DNA from: a virus
IMG/VR virus record: IMGVR_UViG_3300050821_005035
Coordinates: 1-64,000 of that record
Direction: 5' to 3' (one strand)
DNA length: 64,000 bases
The notes under the pieces were generated by a model that was given only the letters and a program-made list of their open reading frames with translations, ran no database searches and was not told where the DNA came from. Both the position numbers and the translations under genes were made by a program. Shown piece after piece: positions 48,773 through 57,678 of this stretch (positions within the stretch are counted from its first letter, which is position 1; each line of letters begins with the position of its first letter).

Positions 48773-49338
48773 ATCCCCTCCCCTGATTCTAAGACGCGAA
48801 CGTGAGGTAGGACTTTCAGTGCAAATTCTTTCCTACCGATCTGGTAATAGCCAGAAAAAAGACGGATTGGATTGAAGTATATGCCTGTTTTCAAATCTAT
48901 GTCGGGGATGTTAGGGTCGGGGATAAGGAGGTCATACTTCGCGCCGTGGGTGCTTTCGGCTACAGTTTTCACGTAATCAGGCGCATTTTCCAGACCTGCG
49001 TCGGACAATTCTCTCTGTGTGGTTTCTACGCTATCTGGAGAAGCGCTGACAGTCAAAATCCAGTTAGAAGATGCTTGAGAAAGCAGTTCGTCCATACCGT
49101 CTTTTGAAAAGTCAACAGGGGCATCAAATGTACTCTCGTTACCCTCGTAGGGAGCATATTTACTAGCGAATATTGGCGTGGTCACAATCGAGCCAGCGAT
49201 TACCCTAATTTTTGACGGCCGGATAGACAGTTGATTTCTTTTAATCCAAAATGGGCCTTTTTCACTATAAATTTGCGCTAGAGATGATGTGAATTGAAGT
49301 ATATCGACCTTTTGCAAGCCGTAATATGCTGTTAACAC
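48769..49338 (-). CDS. Hypothetical protein between tRNA-like gene and Mom
   Basis: GAGG RBS, GTG start, TGA overlapping Mom start. Confidence 0.6.
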   Translation of the reverse strand: MLTAYYGLQKVDILQFTSSLAQIYSEKGPFWIKRNQLSIRPSKIRVIAGSIVTTPIFASKYAPYEGNESTFDAPVDFSKDGMDELLSQASSNWILTVSASPDSVETTQRELSDAGLENAPDYVKTVAESTHGAKYDLLIPDPNIPDIDLKTGIYFNPIRLFSGYYQIGRKEFALKVLPHVRVLESGEGI

Positions 49339-49357
49339 ATGAGCCTCTTTCTAAAAA

Positions 49358-49435
49358 TGGAGCGAAGGGGTCGGAGTTGAACCGCCGTCCGCAGGGGGTT
49401 TAAGCCTGCGTGCTCTACCCTTGAACTACCTCCGC
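49358..49435 (-). tRNA. Atypical tRNA: Gly-type acceptor arm, 9-nt anticodon loop, bulged T-stem
   Basis: GCGGAGG/CCTTCGC acceptor, T73, encoded CCA; D-arm GTTC/GAGC; anticodon stem CGCAGG/CCTGCG around CTTAAACCC; GGCGG-TTCAACT-CCGACC. Confidence 0.85.
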
Positions 49436-49442
49436 ATTTAAG

Positions 49443-49471
49443 ACAATATCACAATCGAGCCTATTTGTCAA
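49443..49471 (-). promoter_or_regulatory. Sigma70-type promoter of tRNA-Mom cassette
   Basis: TTGACA-17 bp-TATTGT with TGn; ends 7 nt before tRNA G1. Confidence 0.8.
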
Positions 49472-49480
49472 GAGTTATTT

Positions 49481-51088
49481 TTACGCTCTCCATTTTTCTG
49501 CGTAAATTGTGGCTAACGCTCTCTTGCCGTTCGGGTATGTGAAGATGTGCGTGTGAGACCAGTTGCTAGGGCCTTGGTTGTAATTCCACCGAAGATTGGT
49601 GCTCGTTCCAGCCACGTAGAGACCGCCGTAAATTCCGCAGCTGTGGGTGTGCGCCGTGTTGGCCTTGCGTGCCATCGTTGCCAAGTTCAATGGGCTGCCC
49701 CACCGTCCCGCAGGACCTAGATGGCCGTGTTGCCCGTTCTCGATCTTCTTCCCGCACGTCAGGTAAGACTCGTCGGAGAGTAGAAACTTTGTCCGAGCAT
49801 TATATCCTGCGTTCTTTAAGAACCATTCGAGCATGTTCACATCTCGGACCATCTTGCCCTTTCGCAATTCCGAGTACATGTACGCCTGCGCTTTCAAGAA
49901 CAATTCGGAGTTGGCCGGGTCTTTTCTGTAGTCGTATTTTTGCAGCCAGGACTTCAGCCACGGGTCGTCGTGATTCGAGTAAACGATCACGGTCTTGGCG
50001 AAGTCGTAGTTAAACCAGTTAAGAACTCCTACAGTCTTTTCCAGTTCTGCGTCGAGTCGGGTAAGACCACGCATCCAGGTCATAAAGCGCGCGTGAGGAT
50101 TGTCGGATTCGTGGTGGTTTACGGACGCACCCTCCATTACGTCGTGGAGGAAGATGTGCTTAGGTTTCAGTGTTGCGATGATATTTCGAGAAATAGACAT
50201 AACGTCTGGGTCTATTTGAGTTGCGTGAATGTCGCCCAGGGTGATTGATTCAATACGATTGCCTGTGGTGACCTTGCCGTTCTTCGAGACGACGTCGAGG
50301 TCTTGTATAGTGCCACTCTCGTCTTCGTTTAGTTGCCGGACCCACCAGTTGCCGTCGGAGTTAACCTCGACGAGAAGGCCGCCGTAGATGTGGTGAAACT
50401 CCGCGATCATGCCTTCTCGCTTCTGGATGTAGTTGCGTTGGGTGATGGTGCCCGTGGTGTAGTTCATCTTGACGCCTTCGCCCTGCATCGTAGCGATGGA
50501 GCGCATCGCTAGCTTGGCGTGGGGGAAGATTGCGCTGTTGCGACCTGTGTAAGATTCCAGGGACGCCAGCGGCTGCACTGCGGTCGGGAGGATGTTCATC
50601 TCTCCGCACCACACCAGGCCGGGGGCGAGTTGAATGCGGCGGTCTTGGATGTGATCGGTAATTTTTGGGTCGTACCAGAGTTCTTTCTCTTCCATCTTGT
50701 CGGTGCCGCGCTTAACGCTCAGCTTGCCGAATCGGTTCTGGTTGTACGTGTAAGTGCCGACGATGATCTCCGCGTTGTAATGCTTCGCGAGAGCGTTCAA
50801 GTTCCTCCACGCTGACTCGTGAACGTACGTGTTGTTCTGTGCTGACGTCAGGACGTATCGACGAACCTCGCCCTTCACCGGCAGCTTCTGCTTCTCTGCC
50901 TTGGTGCCGTCGATGGTGCCGGACGCGAGAGGCTTCTTCATCAGGCCGAGCGGTGTTATGATGCGGCGCACGGTGTGGCGGCTGATGCCTAACTCTTTCG
51001 ATGTGGCGCGGACGTTGCCGCCGTTTCTCTCGAAGGATGCTGCGACTACATCTTGGGGCGTGCGATCTCTTTTCTTAACTGCGCTCAT
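49481..51088 (-). CDS. HTH + metallophosphoesterase (T5 A1-like)
   Basis: NVRATSKELGISRHTV; TSAQN; GDIH; HD; SNHD; QHGH; AHTH. Confidence 0.75.
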   Translation of the reverse strand: MSAVKKRDRTPQDVVAASFERNGGNVRATSKELGISRHTVRRIITPLGLMKKPLASGTIDGTKAEKQKLPVKGEVRRYVLTSAQNNTYVHESAWRNLNALAKHYNAEIIVGTYTYNQNRFGKLSVKRGTDKMEEKELWYDPKITDHIQDRRIQLAPGLVWCGEMNILPTAVQPLASLESYTGRNSAIFPHAKLAMRSIATMQGEGVKMNYTTGTITQRNYIQKREGMIAEFHHIYGGLLVEVNSDGNWWVRQLNEDESGTIQDLDVVSKNGKVTTGNRIESITLGDIHATQIDPDVMSISRNIIATLKPKHIFLHDVMEGASVNHHESDNPHARFMTWMRGLTRLDAELEKTVGVLNWFNYDFAKTVIVYSNHDDPWLKSWLQKYDYRKDPANSELFLKAQAYMYSELRKGKMVRDVNMLEWFLKNAGYNARTKFLLSDESYLTCGKKIENGQHGHLGPAGRWGSPLNLATMARKANTAHTHSCGIYGGLYVAGTSTNLRWNYNQGPSNWSHTHIFTYPNGKRALATIYAEKWRA

Positions 51089-51101
51089 GAGTTCTCCGTT
51101 T

Positions 51102-51794
51102 TTAAGGCTTCAAAAGCGTGCGACCGATAAACCCTACCACTACTCCGGCTCCAAACCACTTCAGCTTACCCTTGCGGCATTCGTCCTTCGCGGCCTTCAG
51201 CACTTCGCCGTCAGTCTTGATCTGTCCGGCTAGCACGACCGCGTCCTGTTTGATGATTCCGGCTTGATCTGTAATCGTGCCGAGTTGGTTCTTGATAACG
51301 CCAGCTTGCTGTACAACGGTCTGAGAGTCTGCCAGTCCCTGGTCCAGCTTTGCTACGATCTCTTGACCGAGCGGGAGCGGAACAATAAGATTCTGGGACG
51401 GGTCGAGGGTGATTGTGTTTTGTTTGAATCCGGTTAGCGTCTCGATGCGGTGCCCCAGTTCCGGCGCCGGTAGCGCTTGGTCGTGGATAATCTGGACCTT
51501 GGTCTGGGATTGAATCTGCGCGATAGACGCGAGGAAGGTCGCGTTCTCTTTTTGGCGTTCCGCTTCGTTGGCCGCGTACGCTGCCGCGAGTTGTGACGAG
51601 TGATCTTTCTCTACCGCTAGCGCCTGCTCAGCGGCTGTAGCGCGTGCTTCCTGGATAGATGCTAGCTTTCCCTCGACCTCGTAAATTCCAAAGCCTAGAG
51701 CGCACGCCAGCGCCACGTAGAGCACAACGTGGTGGGCTGTCAGGAAGAGTACCGCTTCGGCTTCGACTGATTTAATTTCCGTTGGAACTGTCAT
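51102..51794 (-). CDS. Membrane-anchored coiled-coil protein (spanin-like)
   Basis: N-terminal TM helix, coiled coil, C-terminal amphipathic segment. Confidence 0.45.
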   Translation of the reverse strand: MTVPTEIKSVEAEAVLFLTAHHVVLYVALACALGFGIYEVEGKLASIQEARATAAEQALAVEKDHSSQLAAAYAANEAERQKENATFLASIAQIQSQTKVQIIHDQALPAPELGHRIETLTGFKQNTITLDPSQNLIVPLPLGQEIVAKLDQGLADSQTVVQQAGVIKNQLGTITDQAGIIKQDAVVLAGQIKTDGEVLKAAKDECRKGKLKWFGAGVVVGFIGRTLLKP

Positions 51795-52215
51795 TCTTTT
51801 CCCTCGCTTCCTTCTTCAATCTTTTGCGGTGCGCCTTCGTCCCGGTCCTCCCGGGATATCCGAAGTGGTCTCTGCCTAGTGCCTGCCACGCAGGCGTTAG
51901 TTTCAAATACTGTCCGACTCTGCACACGAACGTTGCCACGCTCAGCGTCACGACCTTGCCGAGTCCGTACCTCTTGTACGCGTTCTCGATCTTGCCGAGC
52001 AACGGATTACACCGGCTGCAAAGTAGGCCGCGAATCTTTCCGTCGGCGTGGTCGTGGTCCACAGACAACCTTCGGCCCTTTACTGGTTCCGGCTGGTCGC
52101 AGACGTAACAAACGCCGCATTGAAACTGCCAGATGAAATCGTACATCTCGGGCGTCAGCTTGTACCCGTCCATAAGACGCTTAGCTCTTGCGCGTAACTT
52201 TGTTTTGTCTTCCAC
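51772..52215 (-). CDS. Endonuclease VII-family nuclease (possible resolvase)
   Basis: Q.GVCYVC..LSVDHDH..GKIRGLLCSRCN..LG. Confidence 0.9.
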   Translation of the reverse strand: MEDKTKLRARAKRLMDGYKLTPEMYDFIWQFQCGVCYVCDQPEPVKGRRLSVDHDHADGKIRGLLCSRCNPLLGKIENAYKRYGLGKVVTLSVATFVCRVGQYLKLTPAWQALGRDHFGYPGRTGTKAHRKRLKKEAREKNDSSNGN

Positions 52216-52303
52216 ATAAGTTACGGGGATGGGGTCACAACAGGTCCAATACTCCCTCCCCCAGTTTTGGTTTCCAAGGTCCGAAAAGTCTTACCGACCT
52301 TTT

Positions 52304-53442
52304 CTATAAGTCCGGAAGGTTTTCCGGCTTAATTTCGGCGCCTGTGGTGTCGGAATAAAACTGGTTGACGGAACGGGTCGGGTCTTGCTCTACAAGTTTG
52401 GCAGAGCACTCCGCGCAATATGGCGGTGTGTCGATTTGCAGCATCATCGCCTCAATATTCATAGACGGTACCAGTTCATGGTACCAGCATTCAGGCGCGC
52501 GGGAATCGCCTGTCGACGCTACGGTATATTCTTCTGTGCCGCCCGGGCCTGTGTGTCCGCATCCGGTGCAGACCAAGGTCAGAGCGGGGCCGACAATAAG
52601 TGTCATCTTCACAGTGCCGCCTCCGGGTAAGAATTTGGCAGTCGTTCCTTCTCGATCTCGTAATACCAGTCATGTGCCAGAATGACGGTGATAACTTCGA
52701 CCTCGGGGCCGTCATCGGTCGGGTCATACATCTTCGCAAAAGCAAACTCGCGATTCTGGTGCGCCCAATATTCCTCGTGCACTGTCAGCGGCTCGAAGAT
52801 GTCGCCTTCGCCTTGGAACTTGTTTTCGCCATAGTTCCCGGTAATGTATCGGTCCAGGTCCTGCCGTTGTCTACCGTCCACTTGTGGCCTCCTGGGGGGC
52901 TTGTACGGCCTCTCTAATCTCTCGCTGGGCTTCGGCCTTGATAATGCGGTCGATGGCCTTCTGGGGCGTCCCTGACGCTTCCCGGCTGTACGGCTGCTTC
53001 CATGTCTTACTCATGACTGGATGTCCTCCTGGGCGACAACCTGGGCTTGCCCGTCGATCTCGACCAGCACTTCTCCGTTGCCGAGCAGGCCTAGAATAAA
53101 GCCCTCGACTTCGGTACCGCGTTCCCTGGTGACTCGAACGACCTGATACTTTTTAAACGGCTGCGACATTGTCTTCCTCTTTCTTAAAAACTACTTCCTT
53201 GGCGCACTTTTCGCACGCGTCGAAAACTTGTCCCCGTTCTATGCGCCCGAATCCAGCGACGTTGCGGGAGTCCTGGGTCGGGTGAGTCTTCTCACTCTTC
53301 CCGCAAAATCCGCACTTGTCTCGGTCGTATGGTCCGACGAACTGTTGTTCACTCATCGGCTGCGCCCTTCGCTGCGTCCCATGTCAATCACGGTGATTGC
53401 GGTGATTAAGAAAAGTATCCAGAAAATAATCCAACCGCCCAT
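52304..53442 (-). other. Run of short early ORFs (52304-52612, 52609-52881, 53153-53356, 29-aa hydrophobic peptide 53353-53442, plus smaller ones)
   Basis: GGAGG RBSs; coupled starts. Confidence 0.55.
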
Positions 53443-53469
53443 GTATCCTCCTGTGCAATTATTGAAAAA

Positions 53470-53785
53470 GTGCCGAGAACGTGCAATCGGCGAAAATTGT
53501 TGGAGGCGTCTTTTAAAGACTCACTGGCCCCAACTGGTGGTAACCAGTAGCCTCCTGAGTCAATCTTTGTGATTCGCGGCGCATATCAGGTCGGACATCG
53601 TCCGTTTACTCTCTTCCGAGAGAATCTATGCGCCTTGCAGTAACGTTAGAGGTCTAGGGGCGTCCCGTTTAGAAGCGGGCCTAGTCTTTGCGAGGGCGGT
53701 GCCTTGCCGCCTACGTCATAACGTTACTGCGAGAAGCACTGACTGGTGCCCCGGGTCTCTCAGGTCCGGGGCTGCTCTCCCACTG
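53470..53785 (-). ncRNA. Candidate structured ncRNA or long leader
   Basis: No convincing ORF; 12-bp and 8-bp closing helices, many nested hairpins, interleaved 6-bp pairings; promoter immediately upstream. Confidence 0.7.
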
Positions 53786-53790
53786 AAACC

Positions 53791-53845
53791 AGCTTACCAC
53801 CGATCTGGTTTTCATGCAATAGTACTTCGGTACTGTTTTGGTACT
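53791..53845 (-). promoter_or_regulatory. Promoter with upstream GTAC boxes
   Basis: TTGCAT-17 bp-TAAGCT with TGn; GTACT at 53822, 53830, 53841. Confidence 0.65.
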
Positions 53846-54293
53846 ACCGGGCGACCGAGGCGCCGTACCGACCGACCTGTTGACGGACGAAGTGCAGGTG
53901 CTTGCAGTTAAGCTTCTTCGCGAACTTGCTCAGCAGGAAGCTTTCGCAGGAGCAAATCCAGCCGCGAAAGTTTGGACGGCGGAAGTACGCGAACTTGTAG
54001 ACCTTGCCAGACTCGCCTTTCACTTCGCCGTACACTTTCAAACTCGTGTCATCGTTCTTGGGACGGGTAACCTTCAAAATTTCCATCACGCTGTCGGTGA
54101 CGGTGGAGCGTTGAACCTCGTCGAGGGTAAAAGCGCCTTGACGGCCTTTCGCAGCGCCTGTTAGCATTTTCACGCTTACGGCTTCTCCGAAGTTCTCGTC
54201 AGCTTCAAAAACTTGGTCAACGGTCCCAGTGCCTGTCCAGTAGATATTCGCAGAAGCAGGGATAAAAACCTTGTCTCCGATTTCGTATGCCAT
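53844..54293 (-). CDS. SH3-like + SWIM zinc finger protein
   Basis: WICSCESF...CKHL; GGAGG RBS. Confidence 0.75.
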   Translation of the reverse strand: MAYEIGDKVFIPASANIYWTGTGTVDQVFEADENFGEAVSVKMLTGAAKGRQGAFTLDEVQRSTVTDSVMEILKVTRPKNDDTSLKVYGEVKGESGKVYKFAYFRRPNFRGWICSCESFLLSKFAKKLNCKHLHFVRQQVGRYGASVAR

Positions 54294-54363
54294 ATTAAAC
54301 TTCCTCCTTCGACTTAGAGTCGAACTAGAGAGGCAAGCCCTCGCTTGCCCCCTTGATTCGCTT

Positions 54364-54687
54364 CTAGGCTTTACGTACCGTGTTCGATGTCTTATCTACT
54401 ACCATGCCGTCAAAGTACATATCGCGCTCGATCTTGAGACCGAATTGCAGGCGAACAGACTGCAGTTCTGAAAGGGCAAAGTATCCCAGTTCTTTTTCTT
54501 GCAGGTCCGCGAGGCCGAAGAAATTCCAGTCGCCTTCTTCCGTCTTCTCGGCTTCCAAGACGTACCAGCTGCCTGAGCCGCAGGGGTTGAAGAACTTAAC
54601 GATCACGGGGGCCACGTCCAATTTTTCGGTCGAGTACAGCGGGGTCTTCTCCAGCTGTTTAATAATCGCTGCGGTCAGGAGTTTCAT
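54364..54687 (-). CDS. DUF2958-family protein
   Basis: MKLLT...VKFFNPCGSGSWY...FFGL...ELGYF.LSEL...IERD.YF. Confidence 0.8.
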   Translation of the reverse strand: MKLLTAAIIKQLEKTPLYSTEKLDVAPVIVKFFNPCGSGSWYVLEAEKTEEGDWNFFGLADLQEKELGYFALSELQSVRLQFGLKIERDMYFDGMVVDKTSNTVRKA

Positions 54688-54884
54688 TACGACACCTTCG
54701 CAATCAGGCCGTTGGACATCGTAACGCTGGCGAACCACTTGCGCTGGGTGGGGCTGGGTCCGACCACGCAGAACGTGCCGTCTGCCTTATACTCGGGACC
54801 GAAGAAAGATGTTTCCTCGTATCGCAGCGACTGTCCGACTGCGGCCTTAAGGTCCTTCTTTGATTTGTAGCTTGCTCCCATCAT
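54687..54884 (-). CDS. Conserved small phage protein
   Basis: GGAGG RBS; YKSKKDLKAAVG..ETSFFGPEY..VVGP..RKWFA. Confidence 0.65.
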   Translation of the reverse strand: MMGASYKSKKDLKAAVGQSLRYEETSFFGPEYKADGTFCVVGPSPTQRKWFASVTMSNGLIAKVS

Positions 54885-54906
54885 CGGTGTATCCTCCAAT
54901 GAAAGA

Positions 54907-54950
54907 ATTGTCTCATACTTCCCGAAATACGTCAATGGTACTTTAGTACT
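54907..54950 (-). promoter_or_regulatory. Promoter with GTAC-N4-GTAC box
   Basis: TTGACG-17 bp-GACAAT; GGTACTTTAGTACT upstream. Confidence 0.6.
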
Positions 54951-56300
54951 GGTTCGACTCCCATATAGCAAATATCGCCTTGCGGTGCTTCTCTGGCTTG
55001 CTGCGCTTGTCCTCGATCTTGCGTGTCGCTCCTGGCTTCTGTGCCTGGTTGCGTGCCACGCGGCGCGCGTTGGTGGCTTGGTCGAAGACTCCGCTTAGAG
55101 TTCCGTTTCTGTTACCTTGTACGGTAAATTTTCGCTTGCCCACTTTTGAGCCTCCTCGTGTGTATCGAAGCGTGCCTCGATTTTTCTCTTGCCAATAAAG
55201 CCTACCCACTTGCCAGTAAACCGATTATACCCAAAGTGGCGGCGCTGGCTGTGCGGTACCACAAGCTCGACGGGTTTCTCTTCCTCGCCCAGACAGTCTG
55301 ATATAGCTTCCTTGATACTGATGCCGACCTCGTCATCTAAAATCTGCGCGTAAGGCGAGAGTTCTTGGTCGCACTTAAAGTGCTCGTTGATCGCCTCCAG
55401 AATTTCAATCGCCCTTCTTATTCTGCTCATTTTCTGCCTCCGTCTTCCTAATCTGTGTGTACGTCACGTCTAGAACTTTTTTGAACGTCCCGGTGCCGCG
55501 AGCGTGTGCCCGTCTCTCGACGCATCGAACGCCCGTTGCTCCGAAGCCTAGCCAGCACTCCCGGCGCTTTTGTCCGCAGCGGGTGCAGAATCCTTCTGTG
55601 TATAAGTCGCTCACGGTCTCCTCCAGGTGTAAGTCTGTGATGGTAAAGATAACAACATGCATCCGAGATAACTTTGTCGCCAATATCCCCACAGCGTTGC
55701 TATGCGGGACTGGCCTATGAGACTGAGTCGGCGCTGGCCGAGGCCGTGCAGGTACCACGATGTGCTGGTGGCCTGGGCGGGGTCGGTGTTGTCGACCTCG
55801 ATTACTTGGAACGGCGCGCGTATCTTCATGCTGCTCTCCTGGTTGCTTTCAATTCTTCGTTCATCGAATCCGCTTCCAGCCGCAGGTCCCTGGCCTTCAT
55901 CCGGCCTGCCTCGCTCTGTCGGTCTTCGAAGAGATTCGCTTCCCGGTAGAGCATCGAAATCTTTGCGCGAATTGCGTAACGCTCGCCCTTGCTCACGATT
56001 TTACCCTACTGATGACTGCTACACAACGCTTGTCGGGAGTAACTTGAACGTGCCCGATGATGATTTTACGGCTGGCTGCTAGTGCCTGTAATCCGCGCCA
56101 TGCGGACGTTCCTTGTAATTTCACTATTTCAAATGGCGCTTTGATCCTCATTACGGCCTCCCTGTGACGATGAAGTACCACACGATACTTGCGACCACGA
56201 CCGCCAGCATTATAAATCCGATGTTGCCGTCCAGCCAATCGGCGATTGCGGTGATGCGGCCTTTCAGGACTGCTATCGAAAGTGCTATCAGGTAGCTCAT
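54943..56300 (-). other. Run of short early ORFs (54943-55143, 55095-55430, 55611-55829, 55826-55996, 55993-56151 and others)
   Basis: RBSs and coupled starts; downstream of promoter 56320-56348 (TTGCAA-17 bp-TACACT). Confidence 0.55.
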
Positions 56301-56377
56301 CACTTCCTCCACTGTCAGAAGTGTACCGCGAGTCCGAGTTTATTGCAATAGTACGGAAGTACCGATCTTTGCTAGTA

Positions 56378-56926
56378 CTAAAGCTGGGCCAGCTTCGCGG
56401 CAATGGCGCGGCGCTGGTACTCTTCCGCTGAGAACCGGGGGCGGTCGGTGACCACCGGTTGAACCGCGATGTAGGGGTTGACTGCAGGCATCAGGGAGGC
56501 CGCTGGGACCTCTTTAGATGTCATAGTGACCTGTAGAGCCACCCGCATCCTGGCGCGTGTCTTCGAGCCTTCGATGTTGTCGTACAAAATTCCATCAGTG
56601 TAGGCGAAGGCGTGGGTGGTGCAGCATAGAAAGAAACGGCCAGCGCGAGGAAGACGGTATAGGAAGTGCGAGACAGTGGGGCGCATATGCGAGTTTGTAA
56701 AGATTGATTTGTACTCTGAGACGATACCCTCAGCCTTCAAATCGGCCAGCACCGCGTCGATCATAGGAAGTTTGGTGCCACGGCGCGTCCTGCGGCCTTT
56801 GGCCTTGAGTCTGGAATGGATGTCGGCGTACGGAAGGCCTGTCGCGTTAGCCAGCGCGATGACGCCGCAGTCGTTCGTCTCTCCGGGGATTCTGTCCTTC
56901 GTCGCGCCAGCTGATGTCTTGAACAC
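56378..56926 (-). CDS. Conserved phage protein with papain-like C...H...D motif
   Basis: NDCGVIALANATG..Y; THAFA; LYD; GGAGG RBS. Confidence 0.6.
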   Translation of the reverse strand: MFKTSAGATKDRIPGETNDCGVIALANATGLPYADIHSRLKAKGRRTRRGTKLPMIDAVLADLKAEGIVSEYKSIFTNSHMRPTVSHFLYRLPRAGRFFLCCTTHAFAYTDGILYDNIEGSKTRARMRVALQVTMTSKEVPAASLMPAVNPYIAVQPVVTDRPRFSAEEYQRRAIAAKLAQL

Positions 56927-56985
56927 TTGGTGTTCCTCCACTGGATACATGGTCTCATGGAACCGAAATTGGTGCAATAGTACTA
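56927..56985 (-). promoter_or_regulatory. Repeated promoter-RBS unit, copy 1
   Basis: AGTACTA TTGCAC-17-GACCAT GTATCCAGTGGAGGAACACC. Confidence 0.7.
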
Positions 56986-57012
56986 GTAGACAATTCTTTG
57001 GCACCCGGCGTG

Positions 57013-57434
57013 CTAGCGGCCTCGGGCCAGAGTAATCAGTCCCGCGTGGTCGAGAAGCTTGGCGGCAAAGTGTGCGTTGGCGCCCTGGGGGTTCTCGACG
57101 CCGTCTATCTCACCGTTCTCGCATGCGTCTGAGAACCAGCCTAGAATCTTCTCGGCTGATACGACGCGGTTGTCGGGGTATAGGATGTGGAATGTCTCGG
57201 ACATTACTCGGCCACCCTTTCCGTATCCTGGGACCACTTGCAACCGTGAATCGTTCCGTTTTCGTTAGTGTCAGTGCAGTCGCAGTCTTCTTCTTCGGTG
57301 ATTGAGACCACATCAACGTGGCTGGAGGAGCAGTTCATGCAGCGAACGACTTCGTCGTCCATAATGAACTGGGGATTCGTTTCGCCGTTCAGCGTTCCGT
57401 TACCGCAGTCCTTGCAGATTGCAATGATGTTCAT
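57013..57434 (-). other. Two small ORFs (57013-57204; 57204-57434 Cys-rich)
   Basis: TAATG coupling; RBS GAGGA. Confidence 0.6.
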
Positions 57435-57490
57435 GGTGTTCCTCACTGGATGCATTCTCTCACAACCCTGGAAAGCTTGCAATAGTACTT
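57435..57490 (-). promoter_or_regulatory. Repeated promoter-RBS unit, copy 2
   Basis: AGTACTA TTGCAA-17-GAGAAT GCATCCAGTGAGGAACACC ATG. Confidence 0.7.
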
Positions 57491-57678
57491 TAGGTTCAAT
57501 TTTCACTAGTACTACTTGCGTTCCTCCTCGACCTGCATAATGCAGCAGCCGCCGTAACTGTACCGTGAGACTTGGAAGACCTCTTGGCCGTCGATAGGAC
57601 GGGTGCAGCGTGCGCAGCAGAGGGTCAGGGCGCCTTTGACGCGTTGGACGGTCTCGTGTGTGACCTTAGTTATAGGCT

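Noticed and set aside
49358-49435. Ochre suppressor tRNA implying stop-codon recoding
   Set aside because: UUA is not positioned after U33 in any 7-nt loop register, and conserved genes end normally at TAA, TAG and TGA
53470-53785. TPP or glycine riboswitch, hammerhead or HDV ribozyme
   Set aside because: CUGAGA, ACCUGA and CTCTCAGG words occur, but spacing and remaining core motifs do not fit by eye; needs Infernal
54325-54352. Hairpin GGCAAGC/GCTTGCC as terminator
   Set aside because: No convincing U-tract on the coding strand; may be a processing or stability hairpin, but unsupported
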